Shown here piece by piece: positions 39,955-49,663 of a stretch of DNA of 64,000 bases (position 1 is the first letter of the stretch; the number at the start of each line of letters is the position of its first letter). Source of the DNA: Candidatus Latescibacterota bacterium (lineage in GTDB: Bacteria; Latescibacterota; UBA2968; GCA-2709665). The stretch is from contig OZ244744.1 in NCBI GenBank assembly GCA_965219455.1, forward strand, positions 4,704,001-4,768,000. Direction: 5' to 3'. Under the pieces are notes generated by a model, which saw only the letters and a list, made by a program, of their open reading frames with translations, was not told the DNA's origin and ran no database searches. A program made the position numbers and the translations under genes.

Positions 39955-40176
39955 ACTGCATACAGTAACCGGCGCCAGGATCCGTTTTGAGGGTTTCGGT
40001 ACATGCGCATCCGCGACCATTTGCTGCGCCGGCCCTGAACAAGAGACGTGTCGGGAACATCGAATGGGTGGCAACCTGACGATCTGGTTATAACATTTTG
40101 AAAAAATAAGAGATAAACCGTACTCGAACACTCACCGGACACCTTCCACGGGTGTCTGGATCTGATTAACGGAACC

Positions 40177-40866
40177 ATGTCAAGCGAATTCGATTTTGGT
40201 GGTGCTGTTCCCGCCTGGGGCCGGTGCGCGGCCGAATACGAGGCGTTCTTTGCGCTGTCCGACGTCCCGCCGTCCGCGCGCGTATTGGACTGTGGCGGCG
40301 GACCGTCTTCGTTCGCCGCCGAATGGGGCAAAACGGGGCGATTCGTTGTCGCCGTCGATCCCATTTACAGGTTTTCCGTCAGAGACCTGGAGTCCAATTT
40401 CGAACGGACGTCCGCGCGCATGCTGGCCGGAATGCGCACGGCGCGCGAACGGTTTCGGTGGGACCACTATGGGAGCCCCGAAGAGGTTCTCCGGCTGCGC
40501 CGCGACGTCCTGAACGCCTTCCTTTGCGATTTTCAATCGGTAACCCGAAGAGGTCGTTACGTTTCGGGGAGCCTGCCGGAGTTACCCTTCCGATCGAAGT
40601 CCTTCGATCTGGTCCTTTGTTCCCATCTGCTGTTTCTGTACTCCGCGGAATTCAACCTCGAAACGCACGTTTCCTTCCTCCTGGAACTGCTTCGGGTCGG
40701 GCGAGAGGTCCGGGTATTTCCATTGTTCGACCTGGCTGGCGAACCGTCGAGGCATCTGGACGTTACTATTCAGACCGTGCAAAGGTCGGCCGACGTCGAA
40801 CTGGTGTCCGTGCCCTTCCGGTTTGGGCCCGGTGATTCGAAAATGTTGAGGTTGACGCAAAGCTGA
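40177..40866 (+). CDS. Class I SAM-dependent methyltransferase
   Basis: VLDCGGGPSSF, DPIY, LPELPF..FDLVLCSHLLFLY, EVRVFP. Confidence 0.88.
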   Translation: MSSEFDFGGAVPAWGRCAAEYEAFFALSDVPPSARVLDCGGGPSSFAAEWGKTGRFVVAVDPIYRFSVRDLESNFERTSARMLAGMRTARERFRWDHYGSPEEVLRLRRDVLNAFLCDFQSVTRRGRYVSGSLPELPFRSKSFDLVLCSHLLFLYSAEFNLETHVSFLLELLRVGREVRVFPLFDLAGEPSRHLDVTIQTVQRSADVELVSVPFRFGPGDSKMLRLTQS

Positions 40867-40916
40867 GACTTACGCCATGGCCTCAGGCTGGATGTTTGGC
40901 GCTGCGTCGCCGGGGT

Positions 40917-40987
40917 GCACGGACCTCCGGTAACCGTTCCGCGGTTGGCAGGCGTTTACGTCGCCAGCGGACGTGGCACGTCAAAAT
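40917..40987 (+). repeat. ~71-bp direct repeat, copy 1
   Basis: Matches 42339-42410 with 7 mismatches and one indel. Confidence 0.85.
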
Positions 40988-41006
40988 GCCGTTTTCCTTT
41001 CGTTAT

Positions 41007-41165
41007 CAGTCCGTTGAAAAAGTTGCTCTGCAGGCGAGGCCGAGCCATTGTGACCGAAGACAAGGCGCGCGACCGAGTCGAATCGGGGGATTCGGGGAGG
41101 GGCGCAACACAGTAATTCGGCCACAAGAGCCGGCCGCAGCCCGGATGGTCTTTTTCAACGGGCTG
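41007..41165. mobile_element. 159-bp MITE with 16-bp TIRs
   Basis: CAGTCCGTTGAAAAAG / CTTTTTCAACGGGCTG (15/16); internal CAAGGCG-hairpin-CAACACAG. Confidence 0.75.
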
Positions 41166-41207
41166 TTAAGCAAAGATAAACCAGGACCTGCGTACTCAGA
41201 ATATCAC

Positions 41208-41236
41208 TTGATGATTGTGCTTTGCCATAGTACACT
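41208..41236 (+). promoter_or_regulatory. Putative sigma70 promoter of the PIN TA pair
   Basis: TTGATG-17-TACACT. Confidence 0.45.
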
Positions 41237-41287
41237 TTGATAGACCTCTGCAGAGTCGACGAAAGATGAACGGCAAGGGAGTAAGCA

Positions 41288-41515
41288 ATGGACACGAAAA
41301 TGATTCAAATTCGCGTTAGTTCGGAGGCCGCTCATGCCTATGAAATAGCCACCGAAGCAGAACAGCGCAAACTGGATGCCCTGCTTAGCCTTAAGCTTAG
41401 TGATGTGGCGAGAACGAAAAGGTCTCTTGAAGAGGTTATGAGCGACATCAGCCGTAAGGCACAGGAACGAGGCATGACGCCGGAAATTTTGGAGTCAATC
41501 ATCAATGAACGGTAG
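41288..41515 (+). CDS. Putative antitoxin
   Basis: SLEEVMSDISRKAQERGMTPEILESI; overlaps the PIN gene start. Confidence 0.78.
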   Translation: MDTKMIQIRVSSEAAHAYEIATEAEQRKLDALLSLKLSDVARTKRSLEEVMSDISRKAQERGMTPEILESIINER

Positions 41516-41942
41516 TGCTCGTTATGTCTTCGACACCAATGTGCTCGTTAGTGCACTCATATTTGAGGATTCAAAGCCTGGGCGAGCTTTTCGGCACGCG
41601 TTTCAGAACGGCGAGGTATTGTTATCCCTGACGACTTTAGAGGAAATAGACGAGGTGATGAGCCGTGAGAAGTTTGAGCGATATGTGACTGCCGAGGAGC
41701 GTGAGGAATTTCTCGAGGCGTTGGTTGGGCGGGCAATATTTATTGAACCTATTGAACAGATCAAGGTTTGTCGAGATCCCAAAGATGATAAATTCCTGGA
41801 ATTGGCTGTGGGTGGAGGCGCACGAATAATCATCAGCGGTGACGATGATCTGCTTAATTTGAGTCCCTTTCGCGCAATAGAGATTCTCAGGGTGGGTGAT
41901 TTCCTGACGCGGCTGCAAGGAGCCGAGTCTGACGACGAGTAG
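41505..41942 (+). CDS. PIN-domain toxin (PIN_3 / VapC-like)
   Basis: VFDTNVLVSA, CRDPKDDKFLELA, ISGDDDLL. Confidence 0.9.
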   Translation: MNGSARYVFDTNVLVSALIFEDSKPGRAFRHAFQNGEVLLSLTTLEEIDEVMSREKFERYVTAEEREEFLEALVGRAIFIEPIEQIKVCRDPKDDKFLELAVGGGARIIISGDDDLLNLSPFRAIEILRVGDFLTRLQGAESDDE

Positions 41943-42338
41943 CCTTGTCTTTTTACCGGAGTAAAGATTTATACGAACTCCCGCTGGATAGACTATCTAG
42001 CGGGAATTCTTTGTTTTTACTCGACATGAAGGATTTGTTATCGAGCAGATTTCCGTGGAAGCGGATTCCGATGCAAAAGCCGCTTATGCGAACATTCCTT
42101 TGGGAGACAGACGAATCATCATCTATGTTGTGCAATAGGGGTTGTCCCTAAAGTCAGGATGTCGTCGACATGTCGTGCAATCCCAGATCAGCGCGACAGT
42201 AACATGATGGGATATCATAGCGCGAATGGTATCGACTCCCAAATTATCCGGAAGTACCGAACAAGAATCGGCATGATGAGAACACCTGGAATTGTTTCAA
42301 GCAGACACATTCGACCAGGGTTCAATCAACGCTGATCC

Positions 42339-42410
42339 GCGCGGACGTCCGGTAACCGTTCCGCGGTTGGCATGCGTTTACGTCGCCGGCGGACCTGGCG
42401 CATCGAAAAT
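42339..42410 (+). repeat. ~71-bp direct repeat, copy 2
   Basis: Matches 40917-40987. Confidence 0.85.
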
Positions 42411-42427
42411 TGCGCCTTCGAAGGGTA

Positions 42428-42540
42428 TAACGTATCACGTTTAACATTATCCGTTTAATATATATCGTTTAATGTTATCCATTTAATGAATTCCATTTAA
42501 CGCTTAATTTTTAACACTTGTCATTTAACGGAATTCGTTA
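42428..42540. promoter_or_regulatory. Array of eight 14-bp palindromic operator-like boxes (TAAYR-N5-CRTT)
   Basis: TTTAA at exact 14-bp spacing (42440, 454, 468, 482, 496, 510, 524) in an AT-rich island upstream of higBA. Confidence 0.75.
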
Positions 42541-42555
42541 TATATTTTATCGACA

Positions 42556-42833
42556 GTGCGATTCTTCATGTATACAGAGACCCAACGAATATTCCAGCGC
42601 GCCGTGCCGGAAAACACACGCCGACATTCCACTTGCCGAGTTTCTCCGGTTTCGCACGTTAAGTTGATAGTCGATGACGACACGGGTTGAGCTTCGAATT
42701 CCGTCAGCCAATCGCACTGCAACCTCCGTGCGCCCCGGCGATCCGGCACGGTATGCCAATCAGCGACCGATCTCGAATTGGTTTCACCTGCCGAACCGGC
42801 GGCTCCCGCGACGTTTGGATCGTACACGATCAA
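42556..42833 (+). pseudogene. higB: Degenerate HigB toxin
   Basis: Frameshifted pieces VRFFMYTETQRIFQR, ELRIPSANR, HGMPISDRSRIGFTCRTGGSRDVWIVHD resemble HigB ETERIF, DLRxPPxNR, SIRINDQWRICFxW...DVEIVDYH. Confidence 0.65.
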
Positions 42834-42848
42834 CCTGGAGTCAGTTTG

Positions 42849-43154
42849 ATGCGCGATGGGGAAACGGTTCCTGTTCATCCCGGGAAAGTCTTGCTGGAAC
42901 AGTTTCTCAAGCCGATGAATCTCAGCCAGAACCATCTGGCGCTTTCGATTGCGGTGCCGCCGCGACGAATCAACGAGATCGTGCTGGGTAAACGCGGCAT
43001 CACCGCGGATACGGCGCTGAGGCTCGCCCGTTACTTCTACACGGCGCCAGGATTCTGGATGAAAATTCAGACGGACTATGAACTGGACGTCGCCGAGGAC
43101 GCGCTGGCTGACCGCCTGGACCGGGAAGTGCGTCCGCACGTGGGCGGGGGATAG
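42849..43154 (+). CDS. higA: HigA antitoxin
   Basis: PVHPGKVLLEQFLKPMNLSQ..LA...RRINEIVLGKRGITADTALRLARYF...FWM; GGAG RBS. Confidence 0.92.
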   Translation: MRDGETVPVHPGKVLLEQFLKPMNLSQNHLALSIAVPPRRINEIVLGKRGITADTALRLARYFYTAPGFWMKIQTDYELDVAEDALADRLDREVRPHVGGG

Positions 43155-43354
43155 CATCTCGTTTCCGATGGCTGCCGGCGGTTTATCGAATGCGTCGACG
43201 ATATCGCCAAGGAGAGTCGCGCCGAACCTGGGCGCCGGTTCGCAGACCTTGAGCCGATACGGTATGAAAACCTGAAGGAACATACTGGAAAATGGGCAAA
43301 CTTCGCGTTACCGGAAGGCAATGGCCGCCCGTATGGTCGAAAGGATGGAATCCC

Positions 43355-44308
43355 ATGAATAACAAGACTCGCGCGGTTATTCTCGTGTCCGGCACGCGGA
43401 CGATCTGGTTTCTGCTCGCATTGATTTGCACCGTGATTGCGCCGTGGGGCATGGATTCTGCCTTCGCGGAAGGTCGTCCAGGATACGCGCGACTTGATAG
43501 CGCATCCGTAGCGGCCCGGTTGGTTATACCGGATTCCAGCCAGATGCAGGTGATCGAGACAATGGATGGCTCGTCGAACGTGGGACGCATCGTGCGCATC
43601 GGCGACGGTGAGATCGAATTCGAGACCGACCTGGGCGTCATCCGGATCCCCATTGCAAAGATCAAATACATAGAAACATTGCCTGCCGCTTCCGTACACG
43701 ATGGCGAGGTCTGGTTTAAAAATCCCAACGAAACGCGGCTGTTCTTTGCGCCGAAGGCGCGTACGCTGGAAAAGGGTACGGGTTATTTTTCGGTCTACTA
43801 TCTCTTTTTTCCAGGGTTTTCTCTGGGCATATCCGACCGTTTTACATTGGGAGGCGGGTTTTCGATCTTTCCCGGCGTGGATATGAACGAGCAACTCTTC
43901 TTTATCGCGCCAAAAATAGGGCTGGTACAGGATCGTACGTTTCAGCTCTCCACGGGCGCCCTTCTCGTACGTGTCCCCGATGGTGACGCCACTGTGGGCA
44001 TCGTGTATGGTGTGGTGACAGTCGGGGAACCCGATGCAAGCCTGACTGCGGGGCTCGGTTACGGGTTTAAAGACGGAGACCTGGCGGACCGTCCCATGGT
44101 GATGGTGGGCGCAGAGCAACGCTTGGGTCAACACACGGCATTGGTTACGGAGAACTGGATCTTTCCGGGCGTGGACGATCCCGTGGTCTCGCTGGGGCTG
44201 CGGTTTTTCGGCAGGCGATTGAGCGTAGACCTCGCACTTATCAACACGTTAGGGGAGGAAGCATTTTTCCCCGGCCTGCCGTACGTGGACTTTGTATATC
44301 GGTTCTGA
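43355..44308 (+). CDS. Exported protein with probable C-terminal beta-barrel
   Basis: Signal-like N-terminus; NPNETRLFFAP; amphipathic strands; ends YRF. Confidence 0.7.
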   Translation: MNNKTRAVILVSGTRTIWFLLALICTVIAPWGMDSAFAEGRPGYARLDSASVAARLVIPDSSQMQVIETMDGSSNVGRIVRIGDGEIEFETDLGVIRIPIAKIKYIETLPAASVHDGEVWFKNPNETRLFFAPKARTLEKGTGYFSVYYLFFPGFSLGISDRFTLGGGFSIFPGVDMNEQLFFIAPKIGLVQDRTFQLSTGALLVRVPDGDATVGIVYGVVTVGEPDASLTAGLGYGFKDGDLADRPMVMVGAEQRLGQHTALVTENWIFPGVDDPVVSLGLRFFGRRLSVDLALINTLGEEAFFPGLPYVDFVYRF

Positions 44309-44362
44309 CGACAGTGTCTCAGGTTCTATATCCGGACGACAGGCGATTAAATGACCACCTGC

Positions 44363-44914
44363 ATGCGCAAGGTCTGCATCATCGGTTGCGGGGGCGCGGG
44401 AAAGTCCACACTGGCCGTCAAACTCGGACCGCTGCTGGATCTGCCGGTCGTCCACCTCGACGCCGCCCACTGGAAGCCCAACTGGGAAAAACCGTCGTCA
44501 GAGGAATGGCGGCGCCAGCACGCGGAACTTCTCAGTCGTGACGCCTGGATACTGGACGGGAACTACGGTGGAACGATGGGCGAGCGGATCGCCGCCAGCG
44601 ATACGGTAATCCTGCTGTCGCCGTCCCGCTTCACCTGTCTGTTTCAGGTATTCAAACGGGCGATCAGGCATCTGGGACGTAGCCGCGCGGACCTGAATCC
44701 CGGCTGCCGGGAGCAGTTGCCCGACCGGGAATTCCTGGAATGGATCTGGAACTACAACAGGACCCGCCTGCCGGACATACTGCATGACTTGGACCGGGTC
44801 AGGAACGACAAGAACATCGTGATCCTGCGGTCGCGAGCCGACATGGCAAGGTTTCTGAATGCTTTGAAGCGCGAAAGTCAGCGGCAGAATCGCAAATCCA
44901 AGCGGCTGTCCTAA
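44363..44914 (+). CDS. Adenylate kinase-like / FlaR 'DNA topology modulation' protein
   Basis: IIGCGGAGKSTLA, HLD..HWKPNW, WILDGNY, GCRE. Confidence 0.85.
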   Translation: MRKVCIIGCGGAGKSTLAVKLGPLLDLPVVHLDAAHWKPNWEKPSSEEWRRQHAELLSRDAWILDGNYGGTMGERIAASDTVILLSPSRFTCLFQVFKRAIRHLGRSRADLNPGCREQLPDREFLEWIWNYNRTRLPDILHDLDRVRNDKNIVILRSRADMARFLNALKRESQRQNRKSKRLS

Positions 44915-44948
44915 CCGGTCCAACACCTTGCCGGCCGGTGGTGGAGTT

Positions 44949-45137
44949 GGGGGTTTTTCCGTGCAGATCCGTTCACCATCGCCGCATAATAGATCCATCT
45001 GCGCCCGTAGGGCACCAAGATTCGTGTGTACCATTGAGGTGATTCATGGAAAAACCGGCCCCGCGCCGAGCGGCGCCCTTCTTTTTCGCCCTTTTTCTTG
45101 GGCGATGCAAGAAAAAGGGCAAGGGAACAGGGGACGT
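44949..45137 (+). repeat. Structured dispersed repeat, copy C
   Basis: Core hairpin 45088-45120; outer stem GTTTTTCCGTG/CATGGAAAAAC. Confidence 0.85.
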
Positions 45138-45279
45138 TTGAGGGGTGCGACGGATCTACTTCACGGATAGCGAATCGCGGGATTCCGCCAACGGAACGAT
45201 GGCAATGATGGGTTGACGCATGTTCATTTCATGTCATTGGATTGAAGGCAGAGTCCGTTCAAAGAAATGGAGCGATCCG

Positions 45280-45912
45280 GTGAACACGAGGTTCCGCAGG
45301 GGGGATGCGATCCTCTACCGAGAACTTGACGAGAACGGACAACTTATCGACGTGAAGCCAGTTACTGTCGCGGAGGATTCCGAAGCACGACTCGCGCTCT
45401 GGCTTCCGCTGGGTACACCTGCCAAAAAGCCGGAATTGCGGCCCAATCGTCCGGGCAAAACGCGCGATTGGGTGAATGGATCCTGGGCATTGGTCGATTC
45501 GATCTGGCAATGGGCGGAGCTTCTCGTCATCGTCCGGCCCGGCGATTGTCAGGCAACCTGGGTGCGATGGTCTGCCGTTGGCGAGTTTCTCGGGTGGTAT
45601 GTAAACCTCCAGAGTAAATTGACGCGTACGCGGCTGGGGTTCGATTTCAGGGATCATCAGTTGGATATTGTTGTTGAACCGGACAGATGCTGGAAGTGGA
45701 AGGATCGGGATGAACTCGATCTTTCCGTCAGCCAGGGTCGAATGACACCCGAAGCGGGCAGAGCGGTGAGGAAAGAAGGAAAACGCGCCGTTGTAGAAAT
45801 CGAACGCGGCGCCGGGATATATTCAGAGGGATGGGAAAACTGGCGCCCCGATGCCTCCCTGCCGCGCCCGTACTTGCCGGCGGATTGGGACGACCTGTCG
45901 ATGTACGGTTAG
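45280..45912 (+). CDS. DUF402 family protein
   Basis: FLGWYVNLQ, DHQLDIVV, WKWKDRDEL. Confidence 0.85.
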   Translation: MNTRFRRGDAILYRELDENGQLIDVKPVTVAEDSEARLALWLPLGTPAKKPELRPNRPGKTRDWVNGSWALVDSIWQWAELLVIVRPGDCQATWVRWSAVGEFLGWYVNLQSKLTRTRLGFDFRDHQLDIVVEPDRCWKWKDRDELDLSVSQGRMTPEAGRAVRKEGKRAVVEIERGAGIYSEGWENWRPDASLPRPYLPADWDDLSMYG

Positions 45913-45936
45913 TACCGGAGTCCGGAAAGTGAGAAG

Positions 45937-45998
45937 GACAGGCTCAGGACAATGCTCAGGGGGCCGGCTTGGCTTCCGCGACTCCCCGGGGAGAGTGA
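45937..45998 (+). repeat. Degenerate copy of the 14499 REP cluster
   Basis: ACAGGCTCAGGACA...GCTCAGGG..CCGGCT.GGCTTC.GCGACTCCCC. Confidence 0.7.
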
Positions 45999-46111
45999 CG
46001 CGGATGTGAAGCGCTTGATTGCATTTCGCGAACGGACATCGCCAGCCTCGGGCCTTCACAGCGTGACCCTTTTTGGCACATGTATAAGGAATCACCTAAC
46101 CCTGACGTCCA

Positions 46112-46440
46112 GGCAGCGTGTCATGCTGAGCGGAGTCGAAGCATCTCCCGTCCGTTCGGGTGAATGTGGGGTTGTGCAGCGCGCAGAGGGGCCTGATGGA
46201 ACCGACACTTGTGTGCCATCCGATGCTGCAGTAGATCCTTCGTCAGCCTGACGGCCTCCTCAGGATGACAGTTTAGGCGAACGTGTCTCGGATACATCTC
46301 ACGGGGTGTTTTCGGGCAGCGTGTCATGCTGAGCGGAGTCGAAGCATCTCCCGTCTGCTCGATTGTCCATACGGCGGCAACACGGCTCCACCTGTTTGCG
46401 CGGACACATCGTCGGCCATTCGGGTCCTCAGCATGACAGT
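46112..46440. repeat. Tandem REPIN-like units (GTCATGCTGAG family)
   Basis: Identical 41-bp copies at 46112-46152 and 46315-46355, each followed by an inverted partner CTCAG(G/C)ATGACA. Confidence 0.85.
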
Positions 46441-46584
46441 ATGGACTAAGATTTGAGGGGTACGTCTTTTGTACAGAGGAACCCGATGCCGGATTTCACA
46501 CGCCCAGCACGAAACTTCTGGGTATCCCGGGACGTTTAAGGGCGGGCACGGTCAACAACGAACCTCCAGAATCGGGAGAATTCA

Positions 46585-48666
46585 ATGATGCGTCGAATCG
46601 GAGCGTTGCTGCCAGCCGGGCTGGTGGCCGTCTGCGCCATGCTACAGTGTAGCCAACCCGAGAAAGCACCGCAGCCCCTTTCCGTTGCCAAATATACCGG
46701 CGACCTTCCCGGGTTGCAGTCGCGGGGCGTGCTCAGGGCGATCGTCCCCCTGGAACCCATCGCCTATATGCCCCGACAAGGCGAACAGGTGACACTCACT
46801 TACGATATCGCCCGGGAGCTTGCGGAAGCCCTCAATCTGAACCCGGTTCTCGTCCAGGTCGGAGATTTCTCCAAAATGACGGGAAAGTTGCTCGAGGGCG
46901 AAGGCGACATTGTGTTGGCCAGCCTGACCATCACGCCAGAACGCCAGGAGCGAGCCGCTTTCTCCGTTCCATATATGTACGTGGACGAATTCCTGGTCAC
47001 GAAATCGGGCGGCAAAACGCCCGAAACGATCGCGGACCTCGGTGGTATGGAGATCAGCGTGCGGAAGTCCAGTTCCTACCAGCGGACCCTGATCGAACTC
47101 CAGAAAAAAGTTCCATCGCTGCGGATCCGCCACGTCCCGGAAACGCTGAATATCGAGGCATTGCTGGACGGGGTCGCCCGGGGCGACTACGAGGCCACCG
47201 TATCCGACTCCCATCTTTGGTACGCCCTGTCAAGCTACTATGACAGTTTGACGACGCCGCTGGTGCTGGCCATGGATCGGCCGATCGCGATGATGATGCG
47301 CCCCGGAGATACGCTACTGAAAACCAAAGTGGATGAATTCCTCCTCGCCCAGCACTTTTCTCGCGAGCGGCAACACGAATTCACCGACGATCTCCCGGGG
47401 CTGATCGAGCGGGGCCGGCTGCGCATGATCACGCGCAACAACGCGATGACCTATTTCATTCACCGGGGCCTGCAGGTGGGGTTCGAGTACGAACTGATGA
47501 AAAAGTTCGCCTCCGAACATGGCCTGCGCCTGGAAATCGTAATCCCGAAATCCCATGCGGAACTGCTGTCGTATTTGAACGAAGGCAAGGGTGACGTGGT
47601 GGCCGCGGCTATGACCATAACCCCCGAACGACAGGCGGAGGCGGATTTCACGAGGCCGTATAACGAGGTGGAAGAGGTCGTCGTGGTGCGTGCGGACGAC
47701 GATTCGATTGCCAGCCTGAACGATCTGGCCGGCCGGACGTTCCACGTTCGCGCCAGTTCCTCATTTTTTAGTACTCTGACGGCGTTGCAAGATTCCGTAG
47801 AAGGACTCCGGATTGTCAAACTGCCTGATGACGTCGAGACCGAAGAAATACTGGCCGGGGTCGAGTCCGGACGCTATGACCTTACAATTGCCGATTCCAA
47901 CCTGCTCGACGTGGAGCGTTCGTACGGCCGCAGGCTCAGAGCCGCCTTCAGCATCAAGTCCACGATGTTGGGCTGGGCCGTGCGCAAGGACAACCCGGCC
48001 CTGCTGGCATCGCTTAACAAGTACATCAGGCGGGAAAAAGGCGGTCTTTACTTCAACATGATGAAGAAGCGGTATTTCGAGAACGAACGAGGGATTGCCA
48101 GGGCCAAAGATTCAACGCGTGTCGACTTGAGCGGACAGTTGTCGCCATACGACGACCTTGCCAAGAAGTACTCTCGACAGTACGGCCAGGACTGGCGCCT
48201 GATTACCGCTCAGATGTACCAGGAATCGAAATTCAACCCCGACGCCGTCAGTTGGGTGGGCGCAATGGGCCTGATGCAGGTGATGCCGAAAACGGGATTG
48301 CATTTGGGATTCACCGACCTGGAGGATCCCGAACAGGGCATCCACGCCGGCACCAAGTACATGTATCAACTGGTCCGGCGCTTCGATCTGGAGATTCCCA
48401 TGCAGTCGCGGATTCGATTTGCCCTGGCTTCCTACAACGTCGGCTACGGACATCTGCTGGATGCCCGCCGCCTGGCGCGCGAGATGGGACGGGACCCCAA
48501 CCGCTGGTTCGGCCACGTGGAGGAGGCGATGCGTCTGCTTTCCCAGCCGGCCTACTACGAACGGGCGCGATACGGCTACTGTCGCGGCGGGCAGCCCGTG
48601 CACTACGTCGAGAAGGTCCAGAGCCTGTACGACGCCTACGTCGCGGTCCTGGAAAACGCGCAATGA
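46585..48666 (+). CDS. mltF: MltF-like lytic transglycosylase with two SBP_bac_3 domains
   Basis: Two periplasmic-binding repeats (LTITPERQ, MTITPERQ) plus SLT motifs YQESKF, GLMQ, ASYNVG. Confidence 0.88.
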   Translation: MMRRIGALLPAGLVAVCAMLQCSQPEKAPQPLSVAKYTGDLPGLQSRGVLRAIVPLEPIAYMPRQGEQVTLTYDIARELAEALNLNPVLVQVGDFSKMTGKLLEGEGDIVLASLTITPERQERAAFSVPYMYVDEFLVTKSGGKTPETIADLGGMEISVRKSSSYQRTLIELQKKVPSLRIRHVPETLNIEALLDGVARGDYEATVSDSHLWYALSSYYDSLTTPLVLAMDRPIAMMMRPGDTLLKTKVDEFLLAQHFSRERQHEFTDDLPGLIERGRLRMITRNNAMTYFIHRGLQVGFEYELMKKFASEHGLRLEIVIPKSHAELLSYLNEGKGDVVAAAMTITPERQAEADFTRPYNEVEEVVVVRADDDSIASLNDLAGRTFHVRASSSFFSTLTALQDSVEGLRIVKLPDDVETEEILAGVESGRYDLTIADSNLLDVERSYGRRLRAAFSIKSTMLGWAVRKDNPALLASLNKYIRREKGGLYFNMMKKRYFENERGIARAKDSTRVDLSGQLSPYDDLAKKYSRQYGQDWRLITAQMYQESKFNPDAVSWVGAMGLMQVMPKTGLHLGFTDLEDPEQGIHAGTKYMYQLVRRFDLEIPMQSRIRFALASYNVGYGHLLDARRLAREMGRDPNRWFGHVEEAMRLLSQPAYYERARYGYCRGGQPVHYVEKVQSLYDAYVAVLENAQ

Positions 48667-48751
48667 GTGCGGAGTGTCGGCGGCTGAGCGCGGCCGGCGT
48701 GGTAGAACCGTGAATTGAAGTAAATTGTGATTTATCGCCGAAAGGTGAAAT

Positions 48752-49516
48752 ATGAACAGATTTCACCGCGCGAACCGGGCCCGCTGGAACCTGGGTGCGG
48801 CGGAATGGGCGGCAAGCCACGATAGACGCGGCACGTGGCGTATTGCCCACCGGCAGCCGGAGCAGGTCTTCCTCGGGCAGGAATTGGATTTGATCGGATC
48901 CGTGGAAGGCCGGGACGTCTGTGTTCTGGGCAGTGGCGACAATCTCGCGGTATTCGCATTCGCCGGAATGGGCGCACGGGTCACGTCCGTGGATATTTCG
49001 GTTGAACAACTGGCGGTGGCGCGCCGTCGCGCCGATGAACTGGATCTCAGTATAGAATTCGTGGAAGCCGACGTCACCGATCTGAGTTGCCTGAAGAGCG
49101 CCGGCTTCGACATCGTTTACACGGGCGGCCACGTGGCCGTGTGGGTCAGTGATCTGCGAACCTACTACAGCGAGGCTATCCGGATCTTGCGCAGGAAGGG
49201 GTTGTTCCTGATCAACGAGTACCACCCGTTCCGAAGAATATGGAAGGGATCGCATTCCTCACTGGAAGTCGGGTATAGCTACTTTGATAATGGCCCCCAT
49301 AAATACAGTGTCGCGGACGACGTGCAAGCCAAATCGTCTGAAGAGATGGTGCAATATGAATACCATTGGACGGTTTCCGAGTATCTCAACGCGGTCATCG
49401 AACGGGGCATTGACCTGATCAGGTTCGAGGAAATCGGGGATGAGGCCGAGGAGTGGGAGGGGGCTCCGCTTGGGGGTCTGCCCCAAAAGCTGTTGATCGC
49501 AGGCAGAAAGGCTTAA
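48752..49516 (+). CDS. Class I SAM-dependent methyltransferase
   Basis: VCVLGSG, VDIS, FDIVYT, WVSDL, EYHP. Confidence 0.88.
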   Translation: MNRFHRANRARWNLGAAEWAASHDRRGTWRIAHRQPEQVFLGQELDLIGSVEGRDVCVLGSGDNLAVFAFAGMGARVTSVDISVEQLAVARRRADELDLSIEFVEADVTDLSCLKSAGFDIVYTGGHVAVWVSDLRTYYSEAIRILRRKGLFLINEYHPFRRIWKGSHSSLEVGYSYFDNGPHKYSVADDVQAKSSEEMVQYEYHWTVSEYLNAVIERGIDLIRFEEIGDEAEEWEGAPLGGLPQKLLIAGRKA

Positions 49517-49663
49517 CTCCGGGAGGAATCCGTATTTGCAACAGGCGAATGCGCCAGCAATGGCTGTGGCCGATGCTGGCGTTTCTTTGTCTACCGTGTT
49601 CAGGTTCGGAAAGTAACGATTTTACACCTCAAGACGCCCGCTTTGCGCCGGTAAATTGTCAAA

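Noticed and set aside
42428-42540. Mini-CRISPR or replication-origin iterons
   Set aside because: Units are only 14 bp with 5-bp spacers; no cas or rep gene nearby; operator interpretation fits better
46112-46355. CRISPR array
   Set aside because: Only two repeats, a 162-bp spacer and inverted partners: REP-like
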